Source: Asterias rubens (taxonomy: Eukaryota). From it: DNA of 64,000 bases. Below are positions 1 to 10,176 of this stretch, piece after piece (position 1 is the stretch's first letter; every line of letters starts with the position of its first letter). Location of the stretch: assembly GCF_902459465.1 (NCBI RefSeq), contig NC_047063.1:868001-932000 (forward strand), in the 5' to 3' direction. Both the position numbers and the translations under genes were made by a program. The notes beneath the pieces were generated by a model, which saw only the letters and a program-made list of their open reading frames with translations, had not been told where the DNA came from and did no database searches.

Positions 1-936
1 TGGCAATCTTGAAAATAATATCACAAATATGAGACATTTATAAGTGCTTTACACCAAATAAAGCACCTAACAAATGTGTGGCTGAACAAAAAGTCAAACC
101 ACAAAACAAATAAAAAGGAGAGAAACAGTTCAAGCAAAGATGGTTAATAATGATTCATGAAACAATGCATTCCATTTTATAAAACATGTTGAAATAGACA
201 CAAGGTGAGGAGGCAGAAATGACCGCCGGACCATCTTGGTCCAATTGCATGGCTCTGCTCACCACAGAACTCTGCGCTTAGGGCGCTTAGCAAGCGCAGA
301 ATTCTGCGGTAAGAAGAGCCATAAAGTGGGACCCTTATCAACAAGTGTCCTGGGTTCCTTGTAAATTGCAATACACAATCAATAGAAACACATTGTTGTT
401 TATTTATGGGAGAGCAGGTAAATTAATACCCGCCCCTCTCTCCCCCGATAGGCAATGCAATTCCTGAAATATTTTAGCAGAATTACAAAGTCAAAGATTA
501 TGTTGAAAATATGTCAATTTTCATGGTTTCTCACTTCACAATGAATGGTTACTTTGTTGATTTGATCATATATATACCATGGATACTCTTGTTACATTGA
601 GCACATGGTACTCACGTTAAATGAAGATTATAATATGTGGTACTCATGTTACCTATATTTCATGGTACATTATTTCACATTAAATTGATCCCGTAATCCA
701 TGGTACTCATATTACACGGTCAACATGTTTCACAGTAACTCAAAATAATGACCATAAAATATATGGTTACTCACACTACATCGAGCACAGGTAATATAAT
801 TCACACTTTCTGAATGGCCTTTTCAAACAGCATTAGTATTTGTTGCAACAATACAATTGAAGTTTGAAAATAATATAACCCAAATTGCTCCCTGCATTTA
901 ACGTGCGTAGCAAGAGTCACAATTTTGTCAACATAC

Positions 937-3900
937 CGCATTTGCTGGGAAAGCTCTGAGCATGACCGGCGTGATTCCCTTAAACAGAGCAAAGAATCCC
1001 TCACTCTTTATTAGTCTCGGGAAGACGTCACGGACACCACGAGGGTAGGTTCCCTCAGGGGCTGCATTGACAAGAGGAAAATAAAACAATGATGATGGAT
1101 TAAAGTAACCATATGAGTTTCAAGGTTCATTTCAATTGCAATCTGTTTGAAAAGGGCTGAGGGGAAGAAGATGTAAAAAAAGTATAAAAGAAAGAAAGAA
1201 AAACTCAAAACAATTGGTGTTCTGCTGAAGTCTGAACACCTAACAATTGACAACATTTCTAATGCACCATCTTCATCTAAAGATGTTCTCGGCGCAAAAT
1301 ACAACAAAAATCCATTAAAAATTACATTGAAATACAAACAATAAAAGTTACAACGAAATACATACAATACAGCCTAAAAAATCAAACATGTACCATCTAC
1401 ATTTGTGACATAGAATGACACATAAAATAACACAACATTTTTTGTAAAAGCAGACACCCTCACCCCTATATCAGGGGGAAAACATCGTAATAAACACAGT
1501 ATTTAATGAAAAGAGATTAAAATCTGGCAATGCACACTAAACCACATAGGAAACACCATACAAGTTAAGTGCAAATCAATCTTAATTGCTAAACAATGGG
1601 TAATGTTACAATACAAATCAATATGGGAATACTGACAACTCATCTTAAGATGAATTGTGAAAATCGACTTGAGGCATGTTTTGTGCACATGAATCTCTTT
1701 TGTCTCTTTCTACAAAAAATTTAGCTAGGACTATTTTAAAAAAAAAGGGAGGAAATATGAAACAACTGTTTTATTTTGCCACTGTACCTGTCTGTAATCT
1801 GGACTTTAGTGTGTCTGGTGCAATGCCTACACACCAGTTCAGAACGCCAGCCATTCCACCGGCAAACAGTACGCGAAGAACACTCAAATCTCCTGGTCTG
1901 CAATACAAACAAAACATCAAACTAGTGAGTGGTGTTCGAAGCTTTGAATGGTGTGGGGAAAAATATGAAGTAGCTATAAGTAGTAAACTCATGTGGCTCT
2001 ACAATCCCGGCCAAAATGCTTGGGCCACCCTTTCCTGAAACAACAGTTCCCTGTAAAAAAACCCAACCCAAAACACCACTACCCCCATTGACCCAGCAAT
2101 AAACACTCTCTGCCAGTCCCTCACCCGCCCCACCCCCCCCCCCACCCCACCCCGCCAAAAAACAAAACACCACTACCCCCATAAAATAATCACTGTTAAA
2201 ATTTTACATTCACTTTGTTTGGACATTCATTATCTTTTCAAAGCGTTCTTTGCATGTACAAAATTTTCCAAAAATCACTCAGACAATCCCGGCCAAAATG
2301 CTTGGGCCACCCTTTCCTGAAACAACAGTTCCCTGTGCACTTCCCATTCACATTCACATTAAAAACATTTGCCCGCCCCCGGCCCCCCGCTCAATGTTGA
2401 CTGAATTCGGAAGACAGTCGGCAAATGGAACCAACATTGAAAGGGGGCAGGGGGGCCCAACGAGATTTGGCCGGGATTGTAGCCGGGAATTGAACCAGGG
2501 CCACAGTGATGAGAAGTGAGAGCTTAATGCACTAGCCACCCATGCCACCCCTGATGAAGCAATGTTTCATCTGGTATCAGGCAGTGTAGATAAGAGCACT
2601 AGACTCAATCTCAGGTGTATGGGTTCTAGTGTGTGGTTTCTAGTCCTGCCGTCGATTTCACAAAACTCTTCCTAACTTAAGACTTATCTTTGGACGTTGG
2701 GCGAGTCCCAACCATGCACCATAGCATGCAGACCGTAAGATTAATCCTAAGTTAGGACGAGTTACTAGTCCTATCTCGAGATAAGACGAGTCCTAACTCT
2801 TTGTGAAATCGACCCCTGGGGTGGATTTCACAAAGAGTTAAGACTAGTCTAATCTCAAGTTAGGACAAGTTAACTTAGGACCAGCCTTGCATTTTTACTA
2901 TCTCTTAGGAAAAGTCCTAACTCTTTGTGAAATCGACCCCTGGTCATGACACCTGTGTCCTTATGAAGCAAGGATGGGATGTTAAGCCGTTGGTCCCATT
3001 TGTTGTGTAATGCACATAAAAGAGCCCAGCCGTCGATTTCACAAAAATCTTCCTAACTAAAGACTAATCTTAGGACTTGGGACGAGTCCAAACCCTGCAC
3101 TGTTGCATGCAGACCTTAAGATTAATCCTAAGTTAGGAAGAGTTACTCAGCCTAACTCGAGATAAGACGAGTCCTAACTCTTTGTGAAATCGACCGCAGT
3201 GCACTTAAAAAAAAAAGAGAAGGGGTTCACATTCCTGGTTTGATCAGCAGCATATTGCGCCACAGCACCCTGTAAACCATTACATGGTGTCAGGTAAGGG
3301 AAAAGGGTTTTATACTTCAAAAACGTAGCTCCACAATACCAAGCAAGAATATACTGAATGTTGAAGTGCCTTGAGCATCGAGGGACGGATAAGAGCACTA
3401 TATTATTATTTACATGTATATCGTTTCATTCTAAGTTCATACACATATTGAAAAGTAAACAGACAACTTAAAATTAATGAACCAATGACAAAGCAGTTTA
3501 AAAATAATCAGAAATGTAATTTTACAAAGATGAAACACTTGCATATTTTAAAAGCAAGACGGAACAACATAAAAAAACAAGCAAGCAAATAGGACGTACT
3601 TTTGGTCAGCCGGTGTGATCGCTATTTTAAGCCATTCATATACCATGAAATACATGCCACTAGCAGGAACGTCTGCAACAAGAAGGAATAATACAAAATA
3701 ATAAAAGCAGAAAGAAACAGAGAGCTTGAAGGAGGGATGTTGTCTGAAAGCAGTTTCAAAAATAAGCAGGAAATTCCAAACTGTACAAGTGACATGGTGT
3801 TTTGCTTGGTAACGTTTTTCTGGTACTCTCCAATGTTTCTGTTTTGCCAAAAATAAGTGGACAGCCTGTTCAAACTGTACAAAGGGACATGGTCCGATGT

Positions 3901-6900
3901 TGTGAAATAAAACATAATTTGCTTAGCAGTGATATACATTGAACATTGTAGGATTCAAAACTTAACATGGTTGAGATCCAATTTTGTTTGTTAGGTTTGG
4001 GAAAAACCATATATACAGAAGTGGGATTTGAAACTTTGCATGGTGGAGATACAATCTAGTTTGGTTTGCAGTAACACCATGCACATGAGTAGGATTTGAA
4101 ACTTTGCATAGTGTGGATACAATCTAGTTTGGTTTGCAGTAACACTATTTACATGTGTAGGATTTGAAACTTTACATAGTGAAAATTAAATCTACTAAGG
4201 TTTGCAGTAACACCATGCACATGAGGAGGATTCGAAACAATGCATGGTTTACACCAGCCTTGGCACTTGGTGTTTGTTCGTCCTTGCAAAATGTTAATTT
4301 TGTTCATGTAACAACCCTTTGATCAATACAGTAATGATATTGCAATTAATGGCATTATAGCACTGAGCCGGCAACATGCAAAACACTGCTACATGCAGCC
4401 AATTGCAACAGAGTACGGGATATTACATGATTGCGAATTGCAACAAAATACAGCAATTTTTACCGCTTGAAGTATCTGTTTGGCTGGGATAGGGTTAAAT
4501 ACTCACCTCTTAGAAGTGTTGCACCAGTTCCTTTATAGAGCCCCTTAAAGAGTCCTGATTCTCGATAAATTTGCTTAGCACAGTCAGCTGGTCCAGCATA
4601 CTTGGGTTTACCGCTAGACGCTGCTTGAATCTAAAAAATAATAATAAAGTACAAAACTGATTATACAGCACCCTATGAACACTCAAACCACATGATATTA
4701 TTTGCCCTATGACAAAGTTAGCACGGTTTGCCTATAAAGCTAACCCAAGGTCTTTTTCAAGGCTATTTAACCACTTGCAGCCAAAGCTTTTCAAACTGGA
4801 TTATGGTGGACATTTACAAACGCCTGGAACAAATTTAAAACATCCTCAGTAATCAATTAATCACTGATGTATAATGACACTCCCTTGTGTAGCTTAAACA
4901 CGAAAGCACCTATTGTGCTACACTTTGTTTCTCGCACTAAGAGGAATACAGGCTACTGGAAACCATGCTCTAAACTTCTCTTTATCAATATCTTCCTTTA
5001 AGGTGCCAATCAGAAGTCATTCAACAGATAAATGCAGAATAGCCAGGAATCACATCTTGTAAGCAGCAGCAGAGAGATCACAAGAATTAATTAAAATAGA
5101 ACAGACATTTGTGCCATTCATTACAATACATGTCATGTAAAGGTAATATTTGGAGAAACTTTTTCGCACCGACTCGATGAGATATAAGTTTTTTATTTAT
5201 ATCTTACCTGTAGGAGGCATTTGATTCGTTCACCTGGGGCCATAATGACAGTTGTGAAGACACCGGCAAGCATTCCTGCTTGGAAGAGTTGTTGCAAACT
5301 AGAAACGTAAAGAAAGAAAATTAATACAAATTACACTCAAAAATGGTTTTTAAAAGAGCAGTCATTTAAATTATCTTGATCCAAGACATTTCTTTTGTAT
5401 ACTATTGTTGGAGCACCAAGGCTGAACTGCCTAGTGCACTAGATTGAAGCTCTAGTGTTTCTGATCAGCAGAGTGTGGGTTCGAGTACCGGTCTTTACAT
5501 TTATGTCATTAAGCAGGGCTGCGTCCTTTGGAATCAGGGGCACCAAGGCCAAATGAAGGCAATGGCCTCCTTGATACAACACAAGTCCATGAGTGTCTGT
5601 TTCAGTCCTAAATCTTACTTGTAATTTCCATTTTCAGCTGGCGTTTGAAGTTTTTTACCGATACTGAAACCTAAGAAGCAAGTTGCATACATTGGAGTGA
5701 CTCCTAATATGGGTGCAAACATTCCCTTGTACAGACCAAAGAACCCCTATGGAGATAAAGAATAAAACAAGACATGTTGAAGTCAAAACATCATAGTCAC
5801 TGCTCTTTCTGAATGTCAATTGTGGAAAGTAAAGAACAAATACAAAAAAAAACAAAAACAAAACTAGATATTTCTTGAGAAACTCAATGGTGTTCATCTC
5901 TACTCAATAAAGCAATTTTCTTTATATTTTCAGGGCATTTCCCTTCAATCATTACCTCTTTTGACACCGTTTTCTTCGCACAGTCCCATGTTCCCCTGTA
6001 AAGTGGCGTGGCCCCTGTGGCAACTGAAGGTTGAGTCTGCAACCGGACCTGTAAGTTTATAATGAAATGTTCAACAACAGAAGTTAAAAATTAAAAAATA
6101 TTCAAAATGTACATATAATTGTCAGTAACAGTATTAAAGACTGTGGACACTATTGGTAATTACTCAAACCAATTATTAGCATAAAACCCTACTTGGTAAC
6201 AAGTAATGGGGAGCTGTTGATAGTATAAAATCTTGTGAGAAACGGCTCCCTCTGAAGTAACATAGTTTTCGAGAAAGAAGTAAATTTCCACAAATTTTAT
6301 TTCGAAACCTCAGATTTAGAGTTTGAGGTCTTGAAATCAAGCATCTGATAGCACATACTTTGTGTGACAAGGGTAATTTTTCGTTCATTATTATCTCGCA
6401 ACTTCGACAATCGATTGAGCTCAAATTTTCACAGGTTTGTTATTTTATGCATATGTTGAGTTACACCAAGTGAGAAGACTTGTCTTTGACAATTACCAAC
6501 AGTGTCCAGTGTCTTTATTAAGTCAACTTTTGGCTTTAATGTAAATGTACATGTAATGTAAAAGGAAAGATCAAGTGCACATTTCATCACACGAACTAAA
6601 TTCTTGCATACTCATTCCCATTCCAAAGCAACTAAAATGGAGTTTGTCATGAGCAGCATTGTCAAAACAACCATAGACCCAAATGTTTTTTTGTTTTTTT
6701 GAAAGATGTGTTAGTATTTCCCAATGATATTCTTCCTACTTTAGTCTGACTTCCCATTTTGTTTGCCCTTGAAAAACGTGAACAAATTGTGATAAAATTG
6801 CCTGAAATGTCTATTAAAGCATAAACTATTAATTTGATTTTTACACTGTCTGTTAATTATTTAAAGCTCAAAGTGGGCGGTGCCTCTATTTCCATAATCT

Positions 6901-8289
6901 GAATCAGTCAACCCTCTGTGACTGTGAGTCTGTGTCTGGACAGATGCAAGGATAAAATTTGCCTTAAATTAAGGCAGATAAAGTGGTGGTCGGATGGCAA
7001 GCAGAATTTTAGCCCCAAGTCCGATCTTGAAAAATTGTGCATTTCCTGCCACCACTTTTACATTCATTAAAGGAACGTTACAGAATTGGTAAAAAACAAA
7101 AATCGTGAAGATCACAGATTTACACAAAACTTACACAGTATCTAATGATGATGATAGTAGAAAACATCCCTTGAAATATTTCTGTCTGAAATTTCATAGT
7201 TGATGAGAAATAAATGATATAATTTCGCGCTTTGAGTTTATCGCTCAGTGAGTTTTATTCATTTTTGTTTTGGCAACGATGCAATGCAAAATTTGTATTT
7301 TATTGTAATCTGTTTTTCACTATTCTCTCGTGACCCAGATGGCCAATCGATCTCAAACTTCTACAGGTTTGTCAGTTTATGTATATGGTGGATTACACAA
7401 AGTGGTTACACTGCCAGCAACTTCTTTTGCTAGCAAAACCGATTCTGTAATGTTCCTTAAAGAAATAGTATCTAATTTACTCAAAATGAGATATTCCTGA
7501 AATGCGTGAAAAGGGGGTTGCAGGATACGGAAAGATTTCCTGGAACTGCAGTATGAAGCAATAATGGCAGTAAACGATTTCCCTTGTACTAATTGTATAG
7601 CAGAGCAAAATGCTATGCAAAATGTATTACAACACTTGCTACCAAGTAAATAACCATCATTATTCATTTGCTACTCAATACATAGCATCTAGTGTGAACA
7701 AAATCTATCTGTTCAGTTACTTCAGTCGTATATGCAAAATTATCGGATGAAATTGTCCCTGACTGAATGGTTAAATATCAATCATTTGTTTATCAAGAGG
7801 GTGAATGTCTTTCTTAATTATTATTAAATATTAATACAAAAAATACAAGACAAGAACGAGAATCAAGAAGAAGAGTCAACAAGACGAAAGCTAGCCGTGA
7901 TTCGAGAAGTCAGCCCACACAGGATCGACAGTACACTGACCGACTCAGTGACTGGAAAGACTCTCATTGCAAGGGGGCGGGGGGGGGGGGGGGGGGGGGG
8001 GGGGGGAAGGGGGCTCACCAACCAGCAGAGCCTGGCCTTGGCTTGATAATGAACAAGATAGTGTCCACCATCGGACGGACGGTGCGCTTGTGGGCACACT
8101 TTACTTTTGGTGGGCGAGCCACCGTAATCATCATGGTAATTGAGTAATTCATATCATACTTCATAGGCTATAGCCACAATTCGTATTGCTCACCTTGATT
8201 GTATCTAATGGGTGACCAGCCACGACCAGACAGACTCCTCCAAAGCCGCCTGCGATAAAATTCTTAGCTGGGCTGATTTCTTTCGACAT
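937..8289 (-). CDS. SLC25A20: Mitochondrial carnitine/acylcarnitine carrier, 3'-partial. Exons (minus): 8194-8289, 5956-6048, 5619-5746, 5208-5298, 4507-4630, 3600-3672, 1788-1897, 937-1061
   Basis: Spliced translation [39 protein letters not shown]...[39 protein letters not shown].../...[12 protein letters not shown].../[16 protein letters not shown].../...[24 protein letters not shown]...RAFPANA. It has three carrier signature motifs (PLDTIK, PGERIK, APDTLK). All introns are GT-AG with matching phases. The terminal exon (ACFLG...) was not found, so it is probably left of position 1. Confidence 0.96.
2003..2335. repeat. ~53-bp direct repeat pair in SLC25A20 intron
   Basis: caatcccggccaaaatgcttgggccaccctttcctgaaacaacagttccctgt at ~2003 and ~2284. 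Confidence 0.85.
2649..2815. mobile_element. Harbinger-like MITE, CTG TSD
   Basis: TIR gtcgatttcacaaa / tttgtgaaatcgac; CTG at 2646-2648 and 2816-2818. Confidence 0.75.
2819..2939. mobile_element. Harbinger-like MITE, CTG TSD, abutting the previous copy
   Basis: gggtggatttcacaaag ... ctttgtgaaatcgaccc; CTG at 2816-2818 and 2940-2942. Confidence 0.7.
3030..3196. mobile_element. Harbinger-like MITE, CAG TSD
   Basis: Near-identical to 2649-2815; CAG at 3027-3029 and 3197-3199. Confidence 0.75.
4024..4250. repeat. 68-bp minisatellite, ~3.5 copies
   Basis: ggatt(t/c)gaaac at 4024, 4092, 4160, 4228. Confidence 0.85.
6138..6514 (-). mobile_element. Kolobok-like MITE, same family, inverted copy (SLC25A20 intron 1)
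   Basis: Same TIRs and internal sequence as 45181-45554, reversed. Confidence 0.8.
7071..7457. mobile_element. Related TTAA-associated MITE (different subfamily)
   Basis: ttaa-aggaacgttacagaat ... attctgtaatgttcct TIRs. Confidence 0.65.
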
Positions 8290-9612
8290 TTTGTGATTGA
8301 GTTCCTAAAACTTTTCTTTTTGGTACAGAAAATCGCATAAAATCGATACCGGCAAGTACTAGGTCTTTTATCCCACCTTCTATTCTTCGCAATGTTAACA
8401 CGACTAAAAGAAATATTGTGGTCACCAGACTAACTAAACGAAATCTACCAACTGGTGGCGCTTTACAATATTTTGTTTTCAGAGTTTCACTCAGTGACAG
8501 GTGTTTGTTCGACAGGGAAGTTCTCTGTTACACACTGCTCTACACTTTTATGATCAGGCCGATTTCTAGGTAGTGTAAGTCTTGAAAATTTAATATTTTG
8601 TGTGCAGTTTTTAGTACAGTCCTCAATAGGTACGTGGGGTGATCGGTCACCGCAACAAGTTTGTTAACGTTCTCATCGTACTTTGTAATTGAGTATTGAC
8701 GTTGGTATGCAACAATGAACAACAATCACCATATAGGATTTTAGGCATTGCATGTACGGTAACACCATGTGTGTATCTACAATCACAATGTTGTATTCGT
8801 ACCTCAATGATTCGCACCATCCACCTGGCCCACCCCATGTCACTTGTCGGCTTTTCATATAATAAAAATAATATTATGATACTTATTTACTACTTGGTGG
8901 CTGGGGGATGTCATGCTGTGGGGACCTGGTAACTTGCAATAAACTACTTTACTTACACATTACTAATACTAATACTAGAGACATGAGACTGAGAGATGAA
9001 CAATGCAGATTGTTATCCAACTGTAGATTTATATATTAAGCAGATAAATAAGTGTACTACTAGTACTACTATAGTACTAGATATATATCATTCATAGATA
9101 GGAAGAAACTATAAACAAATATTCCTATTGGTGGGGAGCGCGTCACGTGGGGGGTGTTTAAACCTTCGATAATGACCAGTAAAAAGTGTTGAAACATGGC
9201 GTGACACGCGAGCTTGCACCTGTGCTTATAATAAGACAGTTTCTTCATTCCTATTGGTCGAGAGCAACGGAGGGGACAGTTGTGCCACATTCCTCGATAC
9301 GCGCACAGCAATCTGCTTATAAGGAGTTGTTTACCCGAGGGCCTTACCATTTCATAGCTGGAGGGGTGTTGTGTTGAAAGAAATCATTGAACAATTATAA
9401 TTTTTGTATTTATTATACTTTCTGACAAAAAGTGTTGATGTTTTTTTACCGAAAAGGTATTTATGAATGAGAATCAAAGTGTGTTGAATCGGTTTTCAAC
9501 TAGTGGTTTAAACCCACCGAGGCCTGGTTCTTGATAATTTACCTCGACTTCGTCTACGTAAAATTTTCAAGAACCACTAGTTGAAAACCTCTTCACCACA
9601 CATTGATTCCCT

Positions 9613-9816
9613 TAGTAAACTTGAGAGTACAACCATGTGTTAATCTCTTTTGTGTGAGTGTTGGCTCCTGGTTGGTTTGTTCTTGACTTTTCAAACAGTA
9701 TATTCTGCTCTTCTACACTTCAGGCCTGTTCAAAATTTTGATACCAAACCGGCTCTTCTCAGAGCCAACACTCACACATAAGAGATTTACACATGGTTGT
9801 ACTCGCAAGTTTACTA
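9613..9816. mobile_element. MITE with ~55-bp TIRs and TAG..CTA termini
   Basis: tagtaaacttgagagtacaaccatgtgttaatctc.. matches the reverse complement of ..gagatttacacatggttgtactcgcaagtttacta; no clear TSD. Confidence 0.7.
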
Positions 9817-10149
9817 TTCGTTTAGTTTCTTCCTATTTCTCCACACCATGCAAAGCTTCAAACAATACTTATAATATACTATATAAATTGCCATGGTGAT
9901 GTCAAGGTGCTCAAGTCCTGAAAAGTTTATAGACCTTTTAAATATAGCACACTATTCTCTAAATCAATACCCAGTTCAGGTTACTCAACTGTGGAATTTT
10001 ATGTTTGATATTTCTTGATGTGTCTCCCTAGTTGTTTAAATTGGAATTTACCTTAAGTGCGGTAGTAACGCAATATGTATACCATTCTAAAAAAGATTCA
10101 TTCTTGTCTTGCTTCTAGATTTTGTGTACAACGGTGTTGGCATATTGCC

Positions 10150-10176
10150 ATGGTGACTCAGCGAAACAAAAGATGA
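10150..10176 (+). promoter_or_regulatory. uORF MVTQRNKR* whose TGA overlaps the MGAT4C-like ATG
   Basis: gccATGG context at 10150. AGA-TGA at 10171-10176 shares ATG 10173-10175. Confidence 0.6.

Larger units (their letters stand above)
2563..3410 (+). mobile_element. tRNA-derived SINE with Deu/Nin-like central domain, interrupted by three MITEs
   Basis: Degenerate tRNA head. The body (gttggtccc.tgtgttgtgtaa.gcac..aaaagagcccagtgcact..aaaagagaaggggtt) is shared with 47470-47600 and, reversed, 58640-58830. A/T-rich tail. Confidence 0.65.

Noticed and set aside
1-936. Search for the terminal SLC25A20 exon (ACFLG(F/Y)E...)
   Set aside because: No matching frame after an acceptor; ORFs 177-371 and 801-1004 are intronic read-through.
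7974-8013. Long poly-G run (also G/C tracts near 2130, 28005, 49790, 62090, 62240)
   Set aside because: Homopolymer tracts are frequent across the window and error-prone in assemblies; no specific function supportable.
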